The position numbers and the translations under genes were made by a program. A stretch of 61,182 nucleotides of DNA from the IMG/VR virus record IMGVR_UViG_3300029288_003766, positions 153,787-214,968 of that record; one strand, given 5' to 3'. Positions 39,513 through 48,679 of this stretch are shown in pieces. The first letter of the stretch is position 1; every line of letters starts with the position of its first letter. The notes below the pieces were generated by a model. It was not told the origin of the DNA. It did not search any database and saw nothing but the letters and a program-made list of their open reading frames with translations. This stretch comes from a virus. Lineage: Duplodnaviria; Heunggongvirae; Uroviricota; Caudoviricetes.

Positions 39513-40430
39513 ATCGGACTCACTAGAAAAGATTTAGAGGGAAATTTAAGTGAACAAGATAGAAAAGATATTGAGGCGTGGTTAGCGCGTTGTTCTAGCA
39601 ACGATCTCTGGGCTCAAAAAATATTCCGTAAAGTAGGAATTTTGGTAACTTCACATGTATCTAACCGGCCATATCTCAAAGCCTGTATAGAGAGCCATAA
39701 AAAGCTGGGGTACTATATTTGCCTTGCTTATGATAATTATTTCGATCCTGAGCGGGATATTGATTCAAATTCCCTCATGGTGCCTAAGGATATTATGGTC
39801 GACGTAGACACGTTTTTCATGCCACACCATCAGGTATGGGGAGGGGTTCTGTATCCCTACTTCTGGGCTATTAAGTGGGGGTGTGCATTGCTGCAGGATT
39901 TCGAATATATCTACTGTACTAACGGTGATTTCATAATGGAGAAACCAGAGAACTTCCCCGAGTTATTAAGCTTGATAGGAGACGCTGATTTTATGGGTTG
40001 CGGCCCAGATAATGATAAGATGGTTAATACCGCAGCATTTATTGCAAAAAGCTCAGCCTTCAAGAAAATCATCCAGCATTTCCAAGACCATTTTATACCT
40101 TTTGATGTATATGAAAAATACACGCAGGATATCGGAAATGCTGAGGGTCGCTTTGCCCGGGCGATAAGGGATTTGGGCTTAAAGATCAAGACTGTTGAGC
40201 CGCCGATGAATGAACAGTTGCATGTGAAGGGGATAGGCACTTGGTATAATATTGTTGGCCTCAGGCATATCCACGGTGAATTAAGTTACGCTTACCGGTA
40301 TAAAGGAATACCGCCGGAACCGAAATATCTTGATGAGAGGTATCTTTGCAGTCAGGATTGGGAATTTGCCAATTTATATGAAAAAACAGGAGATCCAAAA
40401 GTTTTGGAACCTTGGTATGCAAAAGGCTAA
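39513..40430 (+). CDS. Putative glycosyltransferase-like protein; probable non-canonical ATC start
   Basis: Frame is open upstream of TTG 39642. AAGGAGG at 39501-39507 is followed by in-frame ATC at 39513. VGILVTSH...YLKACIES...YIYCTNGD is GT-A-like. Confidence 0.55.
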   Translation: MGLTRKDLEGNLSEQDRKDIEAWLARCSSNDLWAQKIFRKVGILVTSHVSNRPYLKACIESHKKLGYYICLAYDNYFDPERDIDSNSLMVPKDIMVDVDTFFMPHHQVWGGVLYPYFWAIKWGCALLQDFEYIYCTNGDFIMEKPENFPELLSLIGDADFMGCGPDNDKMVNTAAFIAKSSAFKKIIQHFQDHFIPFDVYEKYTQDIGNAEGRFARAIRDLGLKIKTVEPPMNEQLHVKGIGTWYNIVGLRHIHGELSYAYRYKGIPPEPKYLDERYLCSQDWEFANLYEKTGDPKVLEPWYAKG

Positions 40431-40525
40431 TTTTGATTATATTTATAAAATAGTAAATAAGATGGGTTGTACTTATAACCCTTCTGGATATCTTCGGAGA
40501 ATAACCTAAATAGATAGGCAAATAA

Positions 40526-43500
40526 ATGTCCACTGAAACCTTCACAACTTCTGGATCTTGGCATTGCCCCGACGGAGTAACCTCAGTCAGTGTACAATGT
40601 TGGGGTGGTGGTGCGTCGGGTGGTGGGAGTACTGCTACAAAACCTGGGGCGGGGAATAGTGAGGGCGGTGGTGGTGGTGGCGGTGCTTATGTAATTAAAA
40701 ATCTTGCCGTCACTCCGGGGAATAACTACACTTATACTGTTGCAGCAGCAGTTAGTGGCAAGTTAGGTGCCGCAGGAACCAATGGTAACCCTACTTGGTT
40801 TTCTTCAAATGATGCAAGTGGAGCTGTTGCTGCAGGTGGAACAAATGGGAAGTTTGTGCTTAATGGCCAGGGTGCTGGTGGTGCAGGAGGAACAACGGCA
40901 GCCTCTTATGGGGATACAGAATACGCAGGAGGTAATGGTGCTACTGGTGTAGCTTCAGGAATTAACGGCGGTGGCGGCGGCGGTGGTGCTGGTTCAACTG
41001 GAGCTGGAGGTAATGCAGGAGCACCGCCAGCTGCTGGTTCAGGCACGGCAGCAGGTGGAGGTAATGGGGGAGCTGGAGGTACCACAAATGCTAATGGCTC
41101 TGGGGGAAGTGTTTATGGCGGTGGCGGCGGCGGTAGTGGGAGTTACCAACTTTTAGCAGGTAGTACCTCACACACAGGTGGTGCTGGTGCTGCCGGAAAG
41201 ATTATAATAACATATACGGCGTCTAGTTCATCTTCATCTAGCAGTTCACGATCAAGTTCATCTAGCAGTTCAAGATCCAGCAGCAGTTCTTCAAGCTCAT
41301 CATCTTCATCTAGTTCTCGATCATCCAGTTCATCATCTTCTAGTTCTAATTCGTCATCAAGTTCATCAAGTTCACGATCCTCTTCGAGCTCATCATCATC
41401 TAGTAGCAGATCATCATCTAGTTCAAGCTCATCATCACGATCATCAAGTTCGTCAAGCTCGTCCTCATCATCTTTAAGCTCGTCGTCAAGTTCCTCGTCA
41501 TCGAGTAGTAGTAAATCATCAAGTTCTTCAAGTAGTTCTTATAATCCCGATTACAAACACACTTTTGATACTAAAGCATACGAAGAAGACATAAGTGGTA
41601 ATCCTACAACTTTGCCCTATACTTGTGGAGCTGGTTCAACTGTGTTAATAGTAGGTTTGGGATATTATAATGACATCGACGGAACTCCCCGGTCAGGCGG
41701 TGCACCAACATACAATGGTGTTGTAATGACCCAAGCTGATCAAACCAGAAGTATAAACGATTACTTTTTTAGTGAAATTTGGTACCTTCTTTCCCCAACC
41801 ACAGGAAGTTCAAAAACTATAAGTATCCCTAATAGTTCTGAACTAAGCTTAAATGTTATAGCTTCATCTTACAAAGCTCCTTCAGGGTATACATCAGTCT
41901 ATTCAGCATCTAATGGATATTCTGGAACTGATGCTACTCCTTCAACTTCCGTTAGCGTGCCAGTCAACGCAGGAGATGTTGTTGTTGATATTATAAAGTA
42001 CAACTCAGGCACTGAGACAGGCAACAAAACCTTGCTTTATACTATTGATGTTTCAACTAGTTCACAATATGATATACCTAATTTTTCTGGAACAGATACT
42101 TTCACTTGGACTGACTCTTATCAGATAGCATATTATGCTACTTGTGTTGTAGTAATTACTCTACAGGCTTCATCTAGTTCATCCAGCTCATCATCACGAT
42201 CCTCAAGTTCATCATCCTCATCTAGTAGCTGTCGTTCTTCGTCAAGTTCGAGCTCATCATCTTCTAGTTCATCTAGTAGATCTTCTAGTAGTTCAAGTAG
42301 TAGTAGCTCACGAAGCTCTAGTTCGTCTAGTTCCAGCTCAAGTAGGTCTTCATCCTCTTCAAGCTCTAGTTCATCAAGTTCACGATCATCTTCGAGTTCT
42401 AGCTCATCTAGTTCACGAAGCTCTAGTAGTTCCAGTAGTAGTAGTTCGAGGAGTTCTAGTTCAAAATCAAGTTCATCGAGTTCATCTAGCAGCCAATCAT
42501 CTAGTAGCTCGTCTAGTTCATCATCACGATCAAGCTCATCTAGTTCATCTTCTTCAAGATCATCATCAAGCTCCAGTTCATCAAGTTCACGATCATCTAG
42601 TAGCTCATCAAGCTCTAGTTCGTCAAGTAGTAGATCAAGTTCAAGCTCTAGTTCATCAAGTAGTAGGTCGTCCAGTTCATCTAGTAGTAGTTCGATATCT
42701 TCTTCGAGTAGTTCTACATATGCTGCCGATAAACTAGAAACACTTGTAGATGATTTTAACGGAACGGTTATAGATCCTAATAAGTGGGTTGTTGGAGTAA
42801 CACCACCAAATACTGTAATTGAAGAAAATCAAGAGTTAAAAATATATGTTGAGGGAGGTGCTGCTGGGATTATTAGTAAAAATTACTACGATTTAACTGG
42901 ATCTTATGGTTATCTTCAAATTGTTGACATAGGCGGTGGTGGCTTTGGGGAAGCACCGCGCGATCTATTTGCAATAGAATCGGCTAACGGAGACTATTAC
43001 CTTGATTGGACAGTCTTTGATTATTCAATAAATGCTATGAATACTGGTGATACTCTTTGGTCAGATACGTATAATTCAAGTGTTCATAAGTATGTACGAA
43101 TTCGTGAGTCGGGGGGTACTATTTATTGGGACTACTCAGCTAATGGTCTCTCTTGGACAAATGTTGCAAGTACAAGCGTATATTTTGATATAGCAGCAGT
43201 TAATGTATATATTCTTAACGTATATGTTGATGAAGCGTCTACTTTTATTATTGATGATTTTAATATTATAGGAGGTTCATCGTCTAGTTCAAGCTCATCA
43301 TCACGATCCTCTTCATCAAGTAGCTCATCAAGTAGTAGTTCACGAAGCTCTAGCTCGTCTAGTTCAAGTTCCAGTAGGTCCTCATCGTCATCCAGTTCCA
43401 GTTCTTCATCTTCAAGGTCGTCATCTTCATCCAGCTCATCTAGTTCACGAAGTTCCAGTAGTTCCAGTAGCAGCAGTTCTCGAAGTTCAAGCTCTTCAAG

Positions 43501-46500
43501 TAGTAGCTCACGATCATCAAGTTCTTCCAGTTCTAGTTCATCACGAAGTTCTAGCTCGTCATCTTCTTCAAGCAGTAGATCATCCAGTTCGTCTTCATCT
43601 AGTAGTAGCTCAAGTCGTTCTAGTAGTTCAAGCAGCTCATCTAGTTCTAAATCATCTTCGTCTTCCAGTTCATCAAGTAGCAGATCAAGTTCATCATCCA
43701 GCAGTAGTAGTAAATCATCATCTAGTTCTAGTTCGAGATCAAGTTCTTCGAGTTCGTCAAGTAGTCGAAGTTCTAGTTCTTTCAGTTCGTCTTCATCCCG
43801 ATCAAGTTCATCAAGCTCGTCCTCATCAAGATCATCTTCCAGCTCTAGTTCGTCGTCTTCAAAATCGTCTAGTAGCTCATCCAGTTCTCGAAGTTCTAGC
43901 TCCTCATCTTCTAGCTCTAAATCCTCTTCGAGTAGTTCATCAAGTTCTAGTCGTTCATCGTCATCGTCTAGTAGTAGCCGATCTAGTTCATCCTCATCAA
44001 GTAGCAGGTCGTCTTCATCTTCTTCAAGTTCAAGTAATTCGTCGTCATCAAGTAGTTCAAGAAGCAGCTCTTCCAGCAGTTCGTCAAGCAGATCATCCAG
44101 CTCTTCCAGCAGTTCGTCTCGATCTAGCTCTTCTAGTAGTTCACGATCTAGTTCATCAAGTTCGTCTTCATCACGCTCATCAAGCTCCTCTAGTAGCAGG
44201 TCATCAAGTTCATCAAGTAGTAGTTCACGATCTTCTAGCTCATCAAGCTCTAGTTCGTCTAGTAGCCGATCATCATCAAGTTCTAGTTCATCTAGCAGCA
44301 AGTCATCATCGAGTTCTAGCTCGTCAAGCAAATCATCGAGTTCGTCTAGTTCAAGATCATCATCATCATCTAGCTCATCTAGTAAGTCGTCATCTTCGTC
44401 CAGTTCATCTAGTAGCCGTTCTTCTTCATCAAGTAGTTCAAGCTCGTCACGATCAAGTTCGAGCTCATCCAGTTCTCGCTCGTCATCAAGTTCCAGTTCA
44501 TCATCAAGCTCTAGTCGTTCGTCGTCTTCATCAAGCAGTAAATCGAGTTCTAGTTCAAGTTCATCCTCTTATTCATCTAGTAGTTCATCATCTAGATCTA
44601 GTTCGTCAAGTAGTAGCTCGTCAAAATCTTCTTCGAGCTCTAGTTCATCAAGTAGCAAATCATCCAGTAGTTCATCATCCTCAAGTTCAAGATCAAGTTC
44701 GTCAAGTAGTAGCTCGTCAAAGTCCTCATCATCAAGTAGTTCACGATCTAGTTCATCAAGTTCGTCTTCATCTCGATCATCAAGTAGTTCGTCTAGTTAT
44801 TCTTCTAGTTCGTCATCATCACGTTCTTCAAGCTCTTCATCCTCTAGTTCTTCAAGTAGTCGATCGTCTTCAAGTTCCAGTTCGTCTTCAAAATCATCAT
44901 CTTCTAGTAGCTGTAGTTCGTCAAGTAGTAAATCAAGTTCTAGCTCGTCTAGTAGTAAGTCATCAAGTTCATCAAGTTCATCTTCAAAATCGTCATCTAG
45001 TTCAAGTTCATCAAGTAATTCATCTAGCTCATCATCTTCACGATCTTCATCTTCAAGCAGTTCATCAAGTAATTCTTCATCCAGTTCTTCTTCATCTAGT
45101 AGCAGATCATCCTCATCATCTAGTTCAAGTTCATCGCGTTCTAGTTCATCATCGTCTAGTTCTAATTCATCATCCAGTTCATCTTCAAGCTCTAGTTGGT
45201 CATCATCATCTTCTAGCAGCCTATCAAGCTCTAGTTCTAGTTCATCATCATATTCATCAAGTAGCTCATCTTCAAAATCATCATCAAGTTCTAGTTCATC
45301 AAGCCTGTCATCATCTAGTTCCAGCTCATCAAGTAGCAGGTCATCAAGTAGCTCATCATCTTCTAGTTCAAGATCAAGCTCATCGAGCAGCTCTTCATCA
45401 AAGTCTTCATCATCATCTAGTTCAAGATCAAGTTCTTCAAGCTCATCCAGTTCTCAATCATCGAGCAGTTCATCTAGTTCATCATCACGATCTTCTAGTT
45501 CATCAAGCTCAAGTTCTTCAAGCAGTAAATCTTCATCATCTAGTAGCTCTAGTTCTTCAAGTAGCCGATCAAGCTCTTCATCATCTAGCAGTAATTCATC
45601 AAGTTCATCCAGCTCATCATCAAAATCTTCTTCCAGCTCAAGTTCCTCTAGCAGTAGATCATCAAGCAGCTCATCGTCTTCTAGTTCATCAAGTTCACGG
45701 TCTTCTTCTAGTTCTAGTTCATCAAGTTCACGGTCTTCTTCTAGTTCTAGTTCATCAAGTTCACGGTCTTCTTCTAGTTCTAGTTCATCAAGTTCACGGT
45801 CTTCTTCTAGTTCAAGTAGCTCATCACAATCAAGTTCATCTTCAAGCTCAAGATCTAGCTCCTCTTCATCAAGCAGTAGTTTTAGTTCATCTTCAAGTAG
45901 CAGTTCACAAAGTTCTAGCTCATCTAGTTCAAGCTCATCGAGTAGCAGGTCTTCTAGTTCCTCAAGCTCACAAAGCTCTAGTTCATCAAGCTCTAGTTCT
46001 TCATCATCGCATTCATCTAGTTCTTCGTCAAGCTCATCATCGCATTCATCTAGTTCTTCGTCAAGCTCATCATCGCGTTCATCTTCTAGCTCTAGTTCTA
46101 GTTCATCAAAATCATCTTCAAGTTCTAGTTCATCATCATCACGGTCAAGCAGCTCGTCTTCTTCATCGTCTAGTTCCTCAAAATCATCTTCTTCTAGCTC
46201 AAGTTCATCTTCAAGATCTTCATCTAGTTCATCAAGCTCCAGTTCATCAAGCCGATCAAGTTCATCATCATCTTCTTCTAGTTCGTGGTCAAGTAGTTCA
46301 TCATCATCTAGCTCATCATCAAGCAGTAAATCATCATCCAGTTCAAGCTCATCAAGCTCATCAAGTTGGTCAAGCTCATCATCTTCTTGTTCAAGTTCGT
46401 GTTCGAGCAGTTCATCTAGTTATTCAAGCTCCAGTTCTTCGTCAAAATCTAGTTCGTCTAGTTCTTCCAGTCGATCTAGTTCGTCCAGCAGTTCATGCTC

Positions 46501-46729
46501 ATCCAGTTCAAGTAGCAGCTCTTTTTCACTTAACAAATCGGCAACAGAAACTATATCAGTATATAGTTTATTAGAAAGAGAAAAGTTTTTATCAAGTATA
46601 TTAGAGAGAGAAAATACCTTGTCAAGCAGAATAGAAAAAGAAAATAACTTAATAAGTAGGATAGAAAAAGATAAATTATTAACAAGTAAGATAGATAAAG
46701 AAGAGGTTTTAAACAACCTTACTAATTAG
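40526..46729 (+). CDS. Giant 2067-aa serine-rich protein: Gly-rich domain, two globular beta domains, three poly-Ser tracts, C-terminal 10-aa repeats
   Basis: Uninterrupted 6.2-kb ORF. N-terminal TFTTSGSW..PDGVTSVSVQCWGGG is a glycine-rich phage-fibre-type domain. Ser tracts of 106, 182 and 1082 aa. Confidence 0.9.
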   Translation: MSTETFTTSGSWHCPDGVTSVSVQCWGGGASGGGSTATKPGAGNSEGGGGGGGAYVIKNLAVTPGNNYTYTVAAAVSGKLGAAGTNGNPTWFSSNDASGAVAAGGTNGKFVLNGQGAGGAGGTTAASYGDTEYAGGNGATGVASGINGGGGGGGAGSTGAGGNAGAPPAAGSGTAAGGGNGGAGGTTNANGSGGSVYGGGGGGSGSYQLLAGSTSHTGGAGAAGKIIITYTASSSSSSSSSRSSSSSSSRSSSSSSSSSSSSSSRSSSSSSSSSNSSSSSSSSRSSSSSSSSSSRSSSSSSSSSRSSSSSSSSSSSLSSSSSSSSSSSSKSSSSSSSSYNPDYKHTFDTKAYEEDISGNPTTLPYTCGAGSTVLIVGLGYYNDIDGTPRSGGAPTYNGVVMTQADQTRSINDYFFSEIWYLLSPTTGSSKTISIPNSSELSLNVIASSYKAPSGYTSVYSASNGYSGTDATPSTSVSVPVNAGDVVVDIIKYNSGTETGNKTLLYTIDVSTSSQYDIPNFSGTDTFTWTDSYQIAYYATCVVVITLQASSSSSSSSSRSSSSSSSSSSCRSSSSSSSSSSSSSSRSSSSSSSSSSRSSSSSSSSSSRSSSSSSSSSSSSRSSSSSSSSSSRSSSSSSSSSSRSSSSKSSSSSSSSSQSSSSSSSSSSRSSSSSSSSSRSSSSSSSSSSRSSSSSSSSSSSSSRSSSSSSSSSSRSSSSSSSSSISSSSSSTYAADKLETLVDDFNGTVIDPNKWVVGVTPPNTVIEENQELKIYVEGGAAGIISKNYYDLTGSYGYLQIVDIGGGGFGEAPRDLFAIESANGDYYLDWTVFDYSINAMNTGDTLWSDTYNSSVHKYVRIRESGGTIYWDYSANGLSWTNVASTSVYFDIAAVNVYILNVYVDEASTFIIDDFNIIGGSSSSSSSSSRSSSSSSSSSSSSRSSSSSSSSSSRSSSSSSSSSSSSRSSSSSSSSSSRSSSSSSSSSSRSSSSSSSSSRSSSSSSSSSSRSSSSSSSSSSRSSSSSSSSSSSSRSSSSSSSSSSKSSSSSSSSSSRSSSSSSSSSKSSSSSSSRSSSSSSSSSRSSSSFSSSSSRSSSSSSSSSRSSSSSSSSSSKSSSSSSSSRSSSSSSSSSKSSSSSSSSSSRSSSSSSSSRSSSSSSSSRSSSSSSSSSNSSSSSSSRSSSSSSSSSRSSSSSSSSSRSSSSSSSRSSSSSSSSSRSSSSSSSRSSSSSSSSSRSSSSSSSSSSSSRSSSSSSSSSSKSSSSSSSSSKSSSSSSSRSSSSSSSSSKSSSSSSSSSSRSSSSSSSSSSRSSSSSSSSRSSSSSSSSSSSSRSSSSSSSKSSSSSSSSSYSSSSSSSRSSSSSSSSSKSSSSSSSSSSKSSSSSSSSSSRSSSSSSSSSKSSSSSSSRSSSSSSSSSRSSSSSSSYSSSSSSSRSSSSSSSSSSSSRSSSSSSSSSKSSSSSSCSSSSSKSSSSSSSSKSSSSSSSSSKSSSSSSSSSNSSSSSSSRSSSSSSSSSNSSSSSSSSSSRSSSSSSSSSSRSSSSSSSSNSSSSSSSSSSWSSSSSSSLSSSSSSSSSYSSSSSSSKSSSSSSSSSLSSSSSSSSSSRSSSSSSSSSSRSSSSSSSSSKSSSSSSSRSSSSSSSSSQSSSSSSSSSSRSSSSSSSSSSSSKSSSSSSSSSSSSRSSSSSSSSNSSSSSSSSSKSSSSSSSSSSRSSSSSSSSSSSSSRSSSSSSSSSSRSSSSSSSSSSRSSSSSSSSSSRSSSSSSSSSQSSSSSSSRSSSSSSSSSFSSSSSSSSQSSSSSSSSSSSSRSSSSSSSQSSSSSSSSSSSSHSSSSSSSSSSHSSSSSSSSSSRSSSSSSSSSSKSSSSSSSSSSRSSSSSSSSSSSSKSSSSSSSSSSRSSSSSSSSSSSSRSSSSSSSSSSWSSSSSSSSSSSSSKSSSSSSSSSSSSWSSSSSSCSSSCSSSSSSYSSSSSSSKSSSSSSSSRSSSSSSSCSSSSSSSSFSLNKSATETISVYSLLEREKFLSSILERENTLSSRIEKENNLISRIEKDKLLTSKIDKEEVLNNLTN
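41222..41539 (+). repeat. Poly-Ser tract 1 (106 codons)
   Basis: Mixed TCN/AGY codons with periodic R/K. Confidence 0.9.
42170..42715 (+). repeat. Poly-Ser tract 2 (182 codons)
   Basis: Mixed TCN/AGY codons with periodic R/K. Confidence 0.9.
43277..46522 (+). repeat. Poly-Ser tract 3 (1082 codons)
   Basis: Ser runs punctuated mostly by R/K. Includes exact 33-bp tandem units (4 copies at 45680-45811; 2 copies at 46001-46066). Confidence 0.9.
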
Positions 46730-46740
46730 GAGGTGATTAA

Positions 46741-47058
46741 ATGAGTATAGTCAAACATTATATTAATGAAATTGGTTTAAATATTCTTTTGGACTGTGGT
46801 ATAGATGTTTCATCTGCCTCTGTAACTAAAATGGAAGTTTCTTTACCAGATGGCACAAGAAAAGAGTGGGCTGCTAATGTATGGACCTTATATGGTAAGT
46901 CAAATTATTTACTGTATACAACCATAGATAGCGATTTAGTCCAAATAGGGCTGTATAAGATTCAAGCGTATATAAAAAAGACTGATGGCTCAGGGAACAT
47001 AATATGGGAAGCATTAGGAGAAACAGCTATGTTCACCATATATAATAGGTTCAAATAA
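46741..47058 (+). CDS. Small BppU-N-like virion adaptor protein
   Basis: PDGTRKEWAA...YTT..DL.Q.G.YKIQAY pattern typical of small Ig-like phage adaptor proteins; AGGAGGT RBS. Confidence 0.55.
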   Translation: MSIVKHYINEIGLNILLDCGIDVSSASVTKMEVSLPDGTRKEWAANVWTLYGKSNYLLYTTIDSDLVQIGLYKIQAYIKKTDGSGNIIWEALGETAMFTIYNRFK

Positions 47059-47068
47059 GGCCTAAAAT

Positions 47069-47098
47069 ACCCCTAGAATACCTTTATTTAGGGCATAA
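47069..47098 (+). repeat. Intergenic hairpin element, copy 2 (27/30 identical to 8676-8705)
   Basis: ACCCCTAGAATACCTTTATTTAGGGCATAA. Confidence 0.75.
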
Positions 47099-47197
47099 AT
47101 GAGAGAAGGCTTAATAAATATGTTTTTTAAGTTGTTAATACACTTATGAGACTTATATGTATTATATGAGAAGAACAATCGGATTTTTATGTCTATT

Positions 47198-47265
47198 AAG
47201 GCACCTAGAGGGTCAGATAAACCTTTTATCCGTTTGTCTCTTCTCAGCCCAAAGGGTGCCTTTTT
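47198..47265 (+). promoter_or_regulatory. Structured leader/terminator-like element
   Basis: AAGGCACC47198-47205/GGTGCCTT47255-47262 followed by Ts, enclosing an inner stem AGATAAAC/GTTTGTCT. Confidence 0.4.
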
Positions 47266-47287
47266 ATATAAGTTAAGGAGAAATAAA

Positions 47288-47905
47288 TTGTCTTTTATAA
47301 TATGTAGTTATTATACCCAAAACACAGAATATGAAGAAGTTGCTAGGAATTATTTGATAAAATCCTTATCAGCATTTCCTAATCTTAAATCAGATGTGAG
47401 AGGCGTTGAAAATCTTCATAGCTGGGCAAAAAATACTTCATACAAAGCACAATTTATTATTGATATGTTGGAACAGCATACAGAGAACATAATATTTGTC
47501 GATTGTGATGCTGAGATTATTTCTTACCCTGAGTTGTTTGATAATATACCTAATAAATATAATTTTGCGGCGCACACGCTCGATAGAAATAAGTTTTACG
47601 GAGTTAATTTTGATGAAAATCATTCTAAAGAGCTTTTGTCTGGAACACTTTTTATCCGTAACTGTAAAGAAAATAAAAGTATTGTGCAGGAATGGAACAC
47701 CACAGTAAAGATGTTCCCGCAAATTTGGGAGCAGCAGATCTTGGCAAAAGTTTTAGAAAAGAATAATGTGGATATATTTAATTTACCAAATTCTTACTGC
47801 AGAATTCTAACGCTTCCAAATGGTAAGGAACCTAATGAAAAATGTGATAACCCCGTAATTGTACATCATCAGATAAGCAGAAGTTTACGCGGGAAGGTGA
47901 AATAA
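47288..47905 (+). CDS. Nucleotide-diphospho-sugar transferase (GT-A, DxD)
   Basis: TTG start after AAGGAG; SYKAQFI, IIFVDCDA, LLSGTLF, WEQQIL, VIVHHQISR. Confidence 0.75.
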   Translation: MSFIICSYYTQNTEYEEVARNYLIKSLSAFPNLKSDVRGVENLHSWAKNTSYKAQFIIDMLEQHTENIIFVDCDAEIISYPELFDNIPNKYNFAAHTLDRNKFYGVNFDENHSKELLSGTLFIRNCKENKSIVQEWNTTVKMFPQIWEQQILAKVLEKNNVDIFNLPNSYCRILTLPNGKEPNEKCDNPVIVHHQISRSLRGKVK

Positions 47906-48675
47906 TGCCCGGATATACAATCACTCCACAACGAGTGCCTATTATTAAAGAAAATTATAAACAAAATATTATTATGGCAAAGAGCAACCACTCCTACACT
48001 ACCAATAGGAAAATTATAGAGAAGTTTAATAGTAATAGTTGGCTTGGTAAAAGATGTTTTATTATAGGAGGTGGGGAAAGCTTAAAAGGATTTGATTTTA
48101 ACAGATTAGATAATGAGCTTACTATAGGTATCAATAAAGTTTTTAAATTTTATCCTAATTCTACTATAAACTATTCTATGGACTCTACTTTATATAACCA
48201 AATTCGACAGGGGGATTTAGATCGGCCGGGTGAACCTAAACTATCAGTTTTTTGGGATAATTATAAAGGTACTAGAGTGTTTTTAACCCCAATGGAGCGG
48301 AAACAATTTGGGCAGGATGTTTATTTAGTTAGAAGAGAGCTACATCTTGCTGTGAACATAGGGGATCTTGACAAAGGAATATTTGGAGGAAACAACTCCG
48401 GCACAGGAGCAATAACCTTAGCTATTGCGCTTGGAGCGCAGAATATATTCCTGTTGGGGTATGATATGAAAGCTGTGAATCAAACCCATTTCCACGAGGG
48501 GTACGAAAAGAGAGATTTGAAGGAATTTAATAAAAAGTTGAATGAGTACCGTGATGATATAACAAAAATCTGCCCATTGTTAAGAACGGTGGGAGTTAAC
48601 GTAGTCAATCTTAACCCTAATAGCGATCTCAAATGCTTTCCGTTTGCTAAATTTGATGATGTAATAAAGGAGTAG
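47905..48675 (+). CDS. Maf/DUF115 (MptE-like, sialyltransferase-like fold) protein
   Basis: RCFIIGGGESL, TIGINK, NSG..AI.LAIALGAQNIFLLGYDM, THFH. Confidence 0.75.
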   Translation: MPGYTITPQRVPIIKENYKQNIIMAKSNHSYTTNRKIIEKFNSNSWLGKRCFIIGGGESLKGFDFNRLDNELTIGINKVFKFYPNSTINYSMDSTLYNQIRQGDLDRPGEPKLSVFWDNYKGTRVFLTPMERKQFGQDVYLVRRELHLAVNIGDLDKGIFGGNNSGTGAITLAIALGAQNIFLLGYDMKAVNQTHFHEGYEKRDLKEFNKKLNEYRDDITKICPLLRTVGVNVVNLNPNSDLKCFPFAKFDDVIKE

Positions 48676-48679
48676 TACG

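Noticed and set aside
43132-44331. 399-aa L/E/D/R-rich minus-strand ORF
   Set aside because: It is the antisense shadow of the Ser codons, not an independent gene.
45680-46066. 33-bp repeats as a CRISPR array
   Set aside because: Head-to-tail with no spacers, in frame within a CDS, and no cas genes.
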